From Candidatus Harrisonbacteria bacterium (GTDB lineage: Bacteria; Patescibacteriota; Minisyncoccia; UBA6257; 02-FULL-45-10c), in the NCBI GenBank assembly GCA_016214655.1, contig JACROC010000005.1, forward strand, positions 67,078-131,077: DNA of 64,000 bases, written 5' to 3'. Made by a program: the position numbers and the translations under genes. Shown in pieces: positions 10,470 through 19,531 of this stretch (position 1 is its first letter; every line of letters starts with the position of its first letter). The notes below the pieces were generated by a model that saw nothing but the letters and a program-made list of their open reading frames with translations, had not been told where the DNA came from and searched no databases.

Positions 10470-10562
10470 TTTTTTATTTATTTTTTTATTGAGCTTTTTA
10501 TATTGTAAGTTGGGAAAATTAAAAAGGCAAATCCCCCACATAAATATTTATGTGGGGGATTA

Positions 10563-11138
10563 TTATTTTTTAGGATAACAAAAATTGTCTAACTGATCAC
10601 CGCAGCGAAGTAAGTCAATATATTTCTCCAAAATAAATGGTGTCCGCTTATCTTTGTCCATTACCCACAAGCGAGGATCTGCTAGCCGCCTTTCTTTCCA
10701 GCACCGTATGATTCCTGGTACAACGGACCCCTCTCCTTCACAAGTCTTTGGCGCTAACCCCAATAAAAGATATCGGCATTGTAATCCGCAAATATGATCT
10801 TTAAGCGCCATTCCGAAACAACAGTCATTTACGAAGATAGCTGGCTTACTTCGATTCCTCAGGATTTGGATAAGAGATCTGTAAGACATCAGGCGGTTTT
10901 CCAATAACTGCCACCCATCTCGGTAGCCATGGCCCCCGTAATAAAGTACTACCGGTTCATTAATTTTAGCAATGTCCTTTAAAAAATCCTCCAGGCTGAC
11001 CTTCTTTTTATAAACTTCTTCGTTATAGAAATGGATTCTATCCAACGGCAATTTAACTTGATTTCTGAAATATTCAAAAAATTCCGCAGTTTCCGATTCA
11101 AATTCCGGTTTAAAATGTTGAACTATGACAAGGTGCAT
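10563..11138 (-). CDS. Small caspase-fold (C14-like) putative cysteine peptidase
   Basis: VVLYYGGHG and IFVNDCC match the metacaspase His/Cys dyad motifs; SD AAAGGAGG. Confidence 0.5.
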   Translation of the reverse strand: MHLVIVQHFKPEFESETAEFFEYFRNQVKLPLDRIHFYNEEVYKKKVSLEDFLKDIAKINEPVVLYYGGHGYRDGWQLLENRLMSYRSLIQILRNRSKPAIFVNDCCFGMALKDHICGLQCRYLLLGLAPKTCEGEGSVVPGIIRCWKERRLADPRLWVMDKDKRTPFILEKYIDLLRCGDQLDNFCYPKK

Positions 11139-11250
11139 TTAGCCTCCTTTGGCTATTTTCTATAAAATAACACGTTTTGTATATTTTTTCAAGAAAAAAT
11201 CCCGCTTGGCGGGATTAATAAATTTAATGACCCTTCGATGAACTCAGGAC

Positions 11251-11805
11251 CTAGTGGTCCATCATTTCTGGATTATATTCCTCAATTGTTAATTTATTGC
11301 GCGCAATCAGCAAACCTCCGGGGCCCTGATGAAATTCCAGCGATTTTTGCAGTAATCGAACGACGCAAGAGTCAATCTTTTCAAGAATAACACCCTGTTC
11401 TTTGCGGGCCATTTCAACGTGTTCCTCTGTATCTTCCTTACGATAATCTTCCAGATAATAAATATTTTTAATCCCAACTGCCAAAAATAAGTTGAAACAA
11501 TCCTTGCACGGGCGAGTAGTAACAAAAGCATATCCGCCACTCAAATCTCTACCGCCGGAAAAAAGCACAGCATTTCTTTCAGCGTGCGTCACCCTGACAC
11601 AATGGCCATCAACCATTAAGTGGCCGACTTCATCGCATTGAGGAGCTCCTGCCGGCGCGCCATTATAACCAGTGGCAACAACTCTTTTATCCTTGAACAA
11701 TGCACAACCAACAATTTTTCTCCGGCATGTCGCTCTTAACGAAGCGCCATAAGCAAGAAAAGAACCGTATTCCAAAAAACTTAACCGCGGCGGATCTTCG
11801 TGCAT
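11251..11805 (-). CDS. dCMP deaminase (ComEB-like)
   Basis: ATGYNG, HAERNA, PCKDC zinc motifs. Confidence 0.9.
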   Translation of the reverse strand: MHEDPPRLSFLEYGSFLAYGASLRATCRRKIVGCALFKDKRVVATGYNGAPAGAPQCDEVGHLMVDGHCVRVTHAERNAVLFSGGRDLSGGYAFVTTRPCKDCFNLFLAVGIKNIYYLEDYRKEDTEEHVEMARKEQGVILEKIDSCVVRLLQKSLEFHQGPGGLLIARNKLTIEEYNPEMMDH

Positions 11806-11849
11806 AATCTCCTCCTTAAATTTTATCGAACTAATTTATAAGTTAAATC

Positions 11850-11878
11850 AAAAACCCGCTCATTACAAGCGGGTTTTT
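11850..11878 (-). terminator. Intrinsic terminator after groEL
   Basis: AAAAACCCGCT-loop-AGCGGGTTTTT. Confidence 0.75.
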
Positions 11879-11884
11879 GTGTTC

Positions 11885-13519
11885 TTACATCATTCCGCCC
11901 ATTCCCCCAGGCGGCATTGCCGGTCCTTCTTTTTTCGGCTCTGGTTTTTCTGTTACTGCGGCGCCAATCACTAAATAGTTTGCCGCAACTGATACAGCGT
12001 TCAAGAATGCAGTTTTGGTAACTTTGAGCGGATCAATAATGCCTGCTTTTTTAAGGTCATCGGTTTTGTTAGTGTGCGCGTTAAAACCCATCCAGGCATC
12101 TTTTTTATTCTTTAATTCTGAAAGAATTTTGGCAGCATTTTCTCCGCTATTTTCGACAATAGAAGTAATTGGGGCTTCCAACGCTCGCTTCAAAATAGTT
12201 TTTACCGCATTAGCTTCGTTATTTTCTTCTTTGGTCTCGCCCATCTCTTTTAGTGCATTAAATAGTGCCATACCACCTCCGGGCACAATTCCCTCTTCCA
12301 TAGCTGCGCGAGTAGCCGCAACCGCATCTTCCACTCTTTGCTTGAGCTCTTTCTGAGCAGATTCAGTAGGGGCGCCAACTTTTATCACAGAAACGCCGCC
12401 AGTAAGTTTTCCGAGACGCTCCTGCAATTTTTCTTTATCAAAGTCAGATTCAGTTTTCTTCAGCTGTACTTTAAGCTGTGATACCCTTGCCGCGATTTCT
12501 TCTTTTGATCCTTTTCCGCCGACAACGGTAGTGTTATCTTTATTTGAAACTACTCGATGAGCCTGGCCTAAATCATGCACATCTGCGGAATCCAGTTTTT
12601 TACCAACCTCTTCAGAAATAAAAGTGGCGCCGGTTACTACGCAAAGATCCTGCAGTATTTCTTTTCTACGATCGCCGAATCCGGGCGCTTTTACTGCAAG
12701 TACATTAAAAATTCCGCGCAATTTATTTACTACCAATGTTGCCAGTGCCTCGCCTTCAACCTCATCGGCAACAATTACCAATTCTTTCTTACCGCTTTGA
12801 ACTATTTTTTCTAAAAGCGGCAAAAGCTCTTGTATAGAAGAAACTTTTTTATCAGTGACTAAAATATAAGGGTTTTCTAGCACCGCTTCCATGCGTTCGC
12901 TATTGGTAACCATATATTGGGAAACATAACCGCGGTCAAACTGCATGCCCTCAACCATTTCATAGGAATTGCCAATGGTATTGGAATCTTCAATAGTAAC
13001 CACGCCATCGCGGCCGACTTTATTCATTACTTCGGCAATCAGTTTTCCAATTTCCGGATCTTTTGCTGAAAGAGTTGCCACCTCTTCAATTTTTTTATTG
13101 TCATTAATCGGTTCACGCTGTTTTTCAAGGGCGTGGATGACCTTTTCACTTGCTTTTTTTAATTCCTCGGCCAGCCGGATCACATTAAATCCTTTTTCCC
13201 GGATGGCGGTTTCCCCTTCATCAATCATGGCGTGCGCCAAGACCACTGAAGTAGTAGTTCCGTCGCCGACATTATCATTAGTTTTATCGGCAGCTTGTTT
13301 AATCAATTCCGCGCCGAGATTTTCATATTTATCTTCCAATTCCACTTCCTTAGCAACTGTCACGCCGTCAAAAGTAACTTGGGGAGCGCCGTAGCCTTTT
13401 TCAATCACAACTGCCCGGCCGCGTGGACCAAGAGTCATGCTAACTGCCGCTGCCAGCTTATCAATGCCTTTTTTAATAGCTGCGCGAGCGTCTTCGTTAA
13501 ATAAAAGTTGTTTTGCCAT
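11885..13519 (-). CDS. groEL: Chaperonin GroEL
   Basis: TLGPRGR, GDGTTT, GMQFDRGY, GGM tail. Confidence 0.99.
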   Translation of the reverse strand: MAKQLLFNEDARAAIKKGIDKLAAAVSMTLGPRGRAVVIEKGYGAPQVTFDGVTVAKEVELEDKYENLGAELIKQAADKTNDNVGDGTTTSVVLAHAMIDEGETAIREKGFNVIRLAEELKKASEKVIHALEKQREPINDNKKIEEVATLSAKDPEIGKLIAEVMNKVGRDGVVTIEDSNTIGNSYEMVEGMQFDRGYVSQYMVTNSERMEAVLENPYILVTDKKVSSIQELLPLLEKIVQSGKKELVIVADEVEGEALATLVVNKLRGIFNVLAVKAPGFGDRRKEILQDLCVVTGATFISEEVGKKLDSADVHDLGQAHRVVSNKDNTTVVGGKGSKEEIAARVSQLKVQLKKTESDFDKEKLQERLGKLTGGVSVIKVGAPTESAQKELKQRVEDAVAATRAAMEEGIVPGGGMALFNALKEMGETKEENNEANAVKTILKRALEAPITSIVENSGENAAKILSELKNKKDAWMGFNAHTNKTDDLKKAGIIDPLKVTKTAFLNAVSVAANYLVIGAAVTEKPEPKKEGPAMPPGGMGGMM

Positions 13520-13528
13520 AAATTTATT

Positions 13529-13654
13529 AAATCCGAAATTCGAATATCGAAACTCGAAACAATATCTAAATTCAAATATTGAAACATTTTGAATTTATAA
13601 TTTTGTTTATTTATTTGAATTTGTTTCGAATTTAGTGCTTCGTGCTTCGGATTT
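13529..13654. repeat. Palindromic 7-mer tandem repeat element between groES and groEL
   Basis: AAATCCG AAATTCG AATATCG AAACTCG AAAC ... GTTT CGAATTT AGTGCTT CGTGCTT CGGATTT. Confidence 0.8.
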
Positions 13655-13661
13655 GTCGCGA

Positions 13662-13952
13662 TTATTCTATAATCGCGAGTATGTCTGCTTCCTCCCCGAC
13701 TAAGTATTTTTTGCCGTCGACTTCCAGCTCATCGGGGCCGTATTTTTTAAATAAAACTACATTACCAACTTTTACTGACATTGGCGCGCGCTGGCCGTTT
13801 TCCAAAAGTTTTCCCGGGCCAACCGCCACCACTTTTCCTTTAATTGGTTTTTGTTTTTCCGCCGTTTCTGGCAGTACAATGCCAGATTTGGTGGTCTTTT
13901 CTTCCTCTAGCGGCTCAAGAAAGATGTGATCATTTAATGGGTGTAAATTCAT
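13662..13952 (-). CDS. groES: Co-chaperonin GroES
   Basis: PLNDH, KTTKSGIVLP, VVAVGPG; upstream of groEL. Confidence 0.99.
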   Translation of the reverse strand: MNLHPLNDHIFLEPLEEEKTTKSGIVLPETAEKQKPIKGKVVAVGPGKLLENGQRAPMSVKVGNVVLFKKYGPDELEVDGKKYLVGEEADILAIIE

Positions 13953-13970
13953 ATATCAGATTTTATTCCC

Positions 13971-13997
13971 TTAGCAATCTTGCGTCAAGAGTGCTAA
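13971..13997. promoter_or_regulatory. CIRCE element (HrcA operator)
   Basis: TTAGCAATC-N9-GAGTGCTAA, 1 mismatch to consensus, immediately upstream of groES. Confidence 0.92.
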
Positions 13998-14052
13998 ATA
14001 TAACTCCTTAAACTATTTAAAGGTTAACAAAATTAAAACCCCGTTTTGGGGT

Positions 14053-14394
14053 TTATATTTTTAGGATATCTTTTAATTCCCGCTCTACTTCTTTATAAAG
14101 CTGGTCGGAATTAGACTCCAGGAGATGCGCCCGGACACAAATCAGATGCTTTACAAAAGGATGCTTGCGGAGATGTTCCTGCATTTTATCTTCCCGGGTT
14201 GCTTTGCCGCTGCAGGTCTTAACCTGTAATGGCAATGCCCAGCCGTCATTTTTAAATATTAAAAAATCTATACCTGCGACATCCAAGGCGTCGTTTTGTT
14301 TATTTATTAAAAAGTGTAAGATTAATCTCCGTTCTTTCATTGATCCTAAAACCTTTGCAACTATATTTTCCGAGAGATTCTCTCTTTTCGGCAA
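14053..14394 (-). CDS. Small PD-(D/E)XK nuclease-like protein
   Basis: E..V...GIDFLI...LQVKT motif pattern. Confidence 0.5.
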   Translation of the reverse strand: MPKRENLSENIVAKVLGSMKERRLILHFLINKQNDALDVAGIDFLIFKNDGWALPLQVKTCSGKATREDKMQEHLRKHPFVKHLICVRAHLLESNSDQLYKEVERELKDILKI

Positions 14395-14436
14395 TCTATG
14401 TCCTTATGAAATTTTTAAGGTAATTTAAGTATAAAC

Positions 14437-15111
14437 TTATTTTTGTTTCAGCAGCAACTCTATGCGCCTGGTGTCAGGATGGAATTCTAGCTCGTTATCG
14501 CTAATGATAATTCTTGGCTTATATTCAATACTCTGATTTGCCATAATTTTGATTTTTTCAAATTGAATTTTTTTGAATAGTTTTTCAAACCAATCTCCTG
14601 TTCTACCAGATAAAAGTTGCTCCAATAACTTCTTGGTCTTACTGGCTTTTATATATACATGCCTATTATCTTCCTGATATAAACGGATTTTTTTCATCCA
14701 ATTTTTATTTGCCCGATAGAATTTTTGAATAAGCCGGGGATCGCCGTATACCGGAACTAAAGAATTATATAAATTTTTCCAGTATTTATTATGGGGTGGG
14801 GATAAGCGATATGAATTTGGAGTTACAAAATGATTGAAACAAAGTTTATCTTTGGAATCGTCCGGATGCTTAGCCCACCAACCCAAAGAACGGAAAATTA
14901 AGAAACAAATAAGCCTTGCTGTAAAGATTCTCCCTTGCCGGACGCCAACAATCACATCAAAATCCGACTCCTCATGCATATTTCCAGTCGCAAGCGATCC
15001 CGCGGCAAATACAAAATCAACAAATGGAATAAATCTAAATGGCCAAACGCATCTTAAAAATTTTTGCCATTTTAGTTTATATATATTATTACTTGACATA
15101 TATTGAAGCAT
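14437..15111 (-). CDS. Nucleotidyltransferase-domain protein (Pol-beta-like)
   Basis: GSLA...ESDFD motif; CPR-type CFNHF motif. Confidence 0.7.
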   Translation of the reverse strand: MLQYMSSNNIYKLKWQKFLRCVWPFRFIPFVDFVFAAGSLATGNMHEESDFDVIVGVRQGRIFTARLICFLIFRSLGWWAKHPDDSKDKLCFNHFVTPNSYRLSPPHNKYWKNLYNSLVPVYGDPRLIQKFYRANKNWMKKIRLYQEDNRHVYIKASKTKKLLEQLLSGRTGDWFEKLFKKIQFEKIKIMANQSIEYKPRIIISDNELEFHPDTRRIELLLKQK

Positions 15112-15121
15112 CTGCTATAGT
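15093..15121 (+). promoter_or_regulatory. Consensus sigma70 promoter with no downstream CDS
   Basis: TTGACA (15093-15098), 17 bp, TGC-TATAGT (15116-15121). Confidence 0.8.
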
Positions 15122-15127
15122 ATGCAT

Positions 15128-15348
15128 ACCCGCTTAGTATGGACGTCTTTTCCGAGGAAACCACTGGGAAAAGGCAATTTGCTCCGTAATGCGTGGATCT
15201 AAGAAACCTGGCGATGGCTGCAGTACAGATCGTGGCCCCGGCGGAAGTGGTCCGCACCGGAATCAGCCCGTGGTTAAGGTGGTAGGCTAATAACTTACCA
15301 CCTCCCCTTGGACGCGGCCCCCTTTGGAAACATCGGGGGCTTCTTTTT
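15128..15348 (+). ncRNA. Candidate structured non-coding RNA (~220 nt), family unknown
   Basis: GC-rich island between a perfect promoter and a GCCCCC/GGGGGC-TTCTTTTT terminator; several hairpins and a possible pseudoknot. Confidence 0.6.
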
Positions 15349-16393
15349 ATTCTTCCGAAACCACCTCCGGCTTTTCCAGAAGCTCCGGCTCTATACCGAC
15401 CGCGCTGTCGGTAATCTTCAAAACATCTTTATCAATTTTTCCAAGCTCTTTATAAGCACTGTTGTACATATTGACTGTAGTGCCAAGATGAGTGCCGAGT
15501 TTTTGCATGTATTCTTCATAACTGGAAAGATGTTTACCCAAAGCTTCAACTCGTTTCCTAATTTCTTTTGCCGATTCTTCAATCTGGAGAGCTTTAAGGC
15601 CCTGCAAAACAGTTTGCAAATAGGCTAGAAAAGAAGTCGGCGAAACAATTATCACGTGTTTATCTTTAAAGGCGTATTGGACCAGGTCTTGAGTATTAGT
15701 TTTTACAGTCCCAATTTTATTGATTAAAAGATCGTAATAGATCGCTTCTGCCGGAATAAACATAAAAGCAAAATCCATTGTCCCTTCTTCCGGTTTTACG
15801 TATTTGGAAGTTTCGTCAATTCGATTTTTTAAATCCTGCTTAAATGTTTTTTCTAATTCTTCACGAGTTTCCTGATCTCGGGCGTCCAGAATACGGTTAT
15901 AATTCTCCAGGCTGAATTTAGAATCTATAGGGATAACTTTATCTTGCACAAAAATAACTGCATCAACGATGCTTCCGTCTTTAAACGGATACTGCATCTG
16001 ATAACGTCCTGGCGGCAGAACATTTTTTAAAAGCGTCTCCAGATAATATTCGCCAAGTACTCCGCGCTGTTTTGGATTTTTCAGAATATCCTGAAGATTT
16101 TGAAGCTGGTCGGCAAAACTAACCACCTGCTTATTAGTCTCGTCTAATTTCGTTAAGCGTTCCGTTACGTCCCGAATAATGCGCGCGCTTTCAACAGATT
16201 GCCTTTGCATAGACCGGGTTGATTCTCCAAGCTTTAAATCCAGTGTCCGGACCACTTCATTCATCTGATTCTGCAGCAACATAAAAGCCCGATCATCGGT
16301 TTTATGTTCTTTATTTTGATTTTTTAAAGCCCAAAATACCGCGGCAAATCCACAAATAACAATAGACAGAAGCAATAATGAAAATAAGTCCAT
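15347..16393 (-). CDS. rmuC: DNA recombination protein RmuC
   Basis: N-terminal TM, NPKQRGVLGE, PIDSKF, DFAFMFIPAEAIY, IVSPTS. Confidence 0.95.
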   Translation of the reverse strand: MDLFSLLLLSIVICGFAAVFWALKNQNKEHKTDDRAFMLLQNQMNEVVRTLDLKLGESTRSMQRQSVESARIIRDVTERLTKLDETNKQVVSFADQLQNLQDILKNPKQRGVLGEYYLETLLKNVLPPGRYQMQYPFKDGSIVDAVIFVQDKVIPIDSKFSLENYNRILDARDQETREELEKTFKQDLKNRIDETSKYVKPEEGTMDFAFMFIPAEAIYYDLLINKIGTVKTNTQDLVQYAFKDKHVIIVSPTSFLAYLQTVLQGLKALQIEESAKEIRKRVEALGKHLSSYEEYMQKLGTHLGTTVNMYNSAYKELGKIDKDVLKITDSAVGIEPELLEKPEVVSEE

Positions 16394-16450
16394 ATGTAAA
16401 AGTACTTTTATTTTATCATAAAATTTAAAATCTGCCTCCAGCGGGGCAGA

Positions 16451-16612
16451 TTATTTTTTAAGTCCCAAAACATCAAAAATGGCAATTGCGGATTTGGCGG
16501 AAAGTTGGGCTAAGACATCAACTAATCTGGAATGAAGTTCGTAAAGCGGGACCAATAGTATTAATGCTAACAACATTAGCATAATGGCGGCTAAAAACTG
16601 TCTTATTTTCAT
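16451..16612 (-). CDS. Small hypothetical membrane protein (53 aa; not in ORF track)
   Basis: MKIRQFLAAIMLMLLALILLVPLYELHSRLVDVLAQLSAKSAIAIFDVLGLKK; abuts stop of upstream ORF and is followed by a terminator-like hairpin. Confidence 0.5.
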   Translation of the reverse strand: MKIRQFLAAIMLMLLALILLVPLYELHSRLVDVLAQLSAKSAIAIFDVLGLKK

Positions 16613-16999
16613 TTAAAGGAGGGATTTTATACAATTGCGCCAGGCCAGGATTCTTTTTCGTTTGAAAAGAACGATCTCTTTTATCGGGGAAAGGCTATTA
16701 ACGTAGAAATAACCTCCCAAGTGCAGTATGAATGGCAAATTGATTTGTTTTCGATAGCCGGCTCCAGCCCCATTAGTTACTCGAAACAAATGGGCGCGTA
16801 ATGGGAACAAGGAGATAATTTCTAAGAAATAATGGGTTCCCCGCTGGGTTTCAATCCTTAAGATATCCCCATACCTTACATATAATGGAACTAGCAGACA
16901 CCCTAATGAAAAGTAGTCGTCCGGTGATTTAAGAAGTAAACGGTTAACTAAAGCATCATTTATCTGCAAGCTCGGCAATATAAATGTGTTGGGCGCCAC
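16613..16999 (-). CDS. Hypothetical protein
   Basis: 128 aa, GTG start after AAAAGGAGG. Confidence 0.55.
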   Translation of the reverse strand: MAPNTFILPSLQINDALVNRLLLKSPDDYFSLGCLLVPLYVRYGDILRIETQRGTHYFLEIISLFPLRAHLFRVTNGAGAGYRKQINLPFILHLGGYFYVNSLSPIKEIVLFKRKRILAWRNCIKSLL

Positions 17000-17051
17000 A
17001 TTTCCTCCTTTTCGTACGCTTATAACATGTTACTATAATTAATATAATATG

Positions 17052-17612
17052 TCAAGCAATTACCTTAATCATACTCAGAAGAAGAAAAATTCCGATGGTA
17101 TTCAAAATAAAAGATAATGATATAAATTTCCAAGAACTCACTTTATAAATTCCCAACAGCACTACTCCCAGCTCGTCTGGCAGCGGAGAAGCTATAATGA
17201 TGGCGCCGATTATTGGCATTAAAAAATTAAAATGGGAAGTCGTTAAAAGATTAAGAAATCGCAGACTGTATTCTCCGCCTAACGTCTTAAATAAATCCAT
17301 TAACTCGTCCGCCAGCTCATCTCTGATAAATTTAAAAATGGTAAAATCCCCAAGCACAGCGCCCAAACCGGCAAATACAGATACTAAAATTAAATTTAAA
17401 TTTTCGGCAAAAAGGGCCAATACCGCCGTGGCTGGGACTACGGTAAAGACCGAAGTCCAGAATATGCCGGCAACAAAAGCCCCAAAATAGTCCAGATCAT
17501 TTAAGGTTACCACCCATCTTTGCAACACCCCAGTTCTCAATAGAACGTAGGTTAAAAATATACTGGCAAATAAAATAGTTAAATTTGGATATCTGCGATT
17601 CCGATGGTCCAT
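17052..17612 (-). CDS. DedA/VTT-like membrane protein
   Basis: AGLGAVLGD..F.FIRD and IIASPLPDELG motifs; leaderless start MDHRN. Confidence 0.7.
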   Translation of the reverse strand: MDHRNRRYPNLTILFASIFLTYVLLRTGVLQRWVVTLNDLDYFGAFVAGIFWTSVFTVVPATAVLALFAENLNLILVSVFAGLGAVLGDFTIFKFIRDELADELMDLFKTLGGEYSLRFLNLLTTSHFNFLMPIIGAIIIASPLPDELGVVLLGIYKVSSWKFISLSFILNTIGIFLLLSMIKVIA

Positions 17613-17653
17613 ATTAAAATTATAATAAAAAGCCCCTTTACTCAAAAGCGGGC

Positions 17654-18058
17654 TTATAAACGCCTGTGACGATTCCGAAATACGTTTATTTTTACCGGGG
17701 GCTGATCTCTCTCAACTTGAAGATGCAGAGCTACTCCAATGTACTGATTATCTAGTTTTATGACACTGATTTTTATTTCTTCTCCAGGCATGCCAGTAAC
17801 CCATTGTCCTTCAGCCATTAACTGCGAAGCAACCACTATCAGGTGCTTATCAATAAACTTATACCAGATTCTGCCTACCGCGCCGCGCCAATAAATATTA
17901 ATCTCTCTAACAATTTCGTTCGGCCGCCGAATGCCTTGGTACAAAGTTTGCGATCCCAATAATCTTTCTATATTATCCCCGGAAGAAGTTGCCCACAGCT
18001 CTTCACTTTTTTTTATGACCTTCCATTCTTGCGTATCCCAGACTTTGGGGAATTCCAT
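17654..18058 (-). CDS. Hypothetical protein, paralog of 62802-63221
   Basis: SD GGGGAGG; shared FP.V.D..EW and GQW..GM..E.I blocks. Confidence 0.65.
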   Translation of the reverse strand: MEFPKVWDTQEWKVIKKSEELWATSSGDNIERLLGSQTLYQGIRRPNEIVREINIYWRGAVGRIWYKFIDKHLIVVASQLMAEGQWVTGMPGEEIKISVIKLDNQYIGVALHLQVERDQPPVKINVFRNRHRRL

Positions 18059-18103
18059 ACCTCCCCTTTCTAGAAAGAACTTACTTTAAAAATAACGCAT
18101 TAT

Positions 18104-19291
18104 TTAAATATTATCTAGCTCTGACTGATATTTATTTAGGACTTCCTGGAACGCCGGCTGATCAGCTTCTTTTACCGGCTCACCGGCAGGAACTTTCTCC
18201 GTGAAAGGATTGATCAAAGATCCGAATTTATGCATTTCATAATGGAGGTGCGGCCCAGTGGAAAGCCCGGTTGAACCAACATAACCAACCACCTGCCCTT
18301 GTTTAACCTTTGTTCCAACGCGAATACCTTTGGCTAAACTCATAAAGTGCCCGTAAACTGTACTGTAGGTTTCATTGTGGCGGACTTTAATTGAAATTCC
18401 GTAATAGCCATTCCAGCCGGCCTGGACAACTGTGCCATCGCCAACACTAACTGCCGGCGTTCCTTGCGGAGCAGCGTAATCAATGCCGCGATGCCGGGTA
18501 AAAGTTTTTAAAATCGGATTAAATCGCTTATAGCTATATCCAGAGCTAATATACTTATATTGGAGCGGCGCCTTCAAAAATACTTTTTGAAGCGAGTTAC
18601 CTTCTTTATCATAATATCCCTCTTTAGTTTCGGCCCCGGTGAAATAAAATCCACGAAAACTTTCTCCATTATTAATAAATTCTGCGGCAATAATTTTACC
18701 GGGATGATCATATTGTCCGTCGCGATATTTTTTTTCATAAATAACTTTGAAACTGTCGCCCTTTTGTATTTGAGCGGCAAAATCTATCTGCCAAGCGAAC
18801 ATCTCCGCCAGCGCCAAAGCCAACCGTTCATCTAAGCCTTGATCAAGAATAGTTTCATATAAAGAACTTTCAATTGTTCCTCTAGCGCGGTCAATCTCAA
18901 TCATATATTCGATCGGCACCTTTTCTGCTTGCCATGCTTCCGCGGTAGTAGAGGCATTTTTAACGATAAGCTTTTCTTCCTTATCAATTTCATAAATTAA
19001 TTCTTCCAAATTCCCATTTTCTCCGTTATAGACTAAGGCTATTTCTTTGCCAGCTACAATCTTCGCCAAGTCATAGACCTCTTTAGCGCTCCCCAAAATA
19101 GCACTTGTGGTAGAAGTCGCCATACCAACTTCCTTCGCCAAAACACTGAAAGTTGTGCCGGCTAAAATTTCTTTTTTAACAGTTATTTTTGGATCAATAG
19201 CAGAAGTAGTGCTGCGATTCCCACCAAAAAAATATACTGATCCAATAATGCCGATTATGATTATGGTTATTTTTCCCGCCGAAGAATACAT
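18104..19291 (-). CDS. M23 peptidoglycan DD-endopeptidase (MepM-like)
   Basis: HRGIDYAA, YGH, STGPHLHYE; N-terminal anchor. Confidence 0.93.
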   Translation of the reverse strand: MYSSAGKITIIIIGIIGSVYFFGGNRSTTSAIDPKITVKKEILAGTTFSVLAKEVGMATSTTSAILGSAKEVYDLAKIVAGKEIALVYNGENGNLEELIYEIDKEEKLIVKNASTTAEAWQAEKVPIEYMIEIDRARGTIESSLYETILDQGLDERLALALAEMFAWQIDFAAQIQKGDSFKVIYEKKYRDGQYDHPGKIIAAEFINNGESFRGFYFTGAETKEGYYDKEGNSLQKVFLKAPLQYKYISSGYSYKRFNPILKTFTRHRGIDYAAPQGTPAVSVGDGTVVQAGWNGYYGISIKVRHNETYSTVYGHFMSLAKGIRVGTKVKQGQVVGYVGSTGLSTGPHLHYEMHKFGSLINPFTEKVPAGEPVKEADQPAFQEVLNKYQSELDNI

Positions 19292-19306
19292 AACTGGATT
19301 CTATCA

Positions 19307-19463
19307 AGGAATCTATCTCAATAACAATTCCTAACGCGGCATCTCAAATTTAAATTTAGATCAAGGCGCGAGAAGGAAATCGTAGTTATAACTACCTTTC
19401 CGACAAGCAGCGGTGAGATGAACTTATTATTTTTTTTGAGGATTATTATTAAGATAGGTTCTT
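19307..19463. repeat. Miniature palindromic element (single core)
   Basis: Imperfect ~26-bp terminal inverted repeats (..CTATCT../..AGATAG..) around core AGGCGCGAG-AGGAAATC-hairpin-TTTCCGAC-AGCA-CG shared with 20802-21071. Confidence 0.7.
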
Positions 19464-19531
19464 AAACTTTGCTAATTTTCGGATCTTTGTTTACTCTAAT
19501 CTATAGTCATTTGATAACCAGGTAATGATAT

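Noticed and set aside
11230-11250. REP-like sequence CCCTTCGATGAACTCAGG
   Set aside because: Single degenerate copy in the window; too little to support a feature
12015-13504. Antisense ORFs within groEL and other long genes
   Set aside because: Shadow frames of well-supported genes on the opposite strand
15128-15348. Call as RNase P RNA, SRP RNA or tmRNA
   Set aside because: Lacks GAAAGTCC and ACAGAACCCGGCTTA, the SRP CAGG..GGAA..AGCAG motif, and tRNA-like tmRNA ends; left as unknown ncRNA
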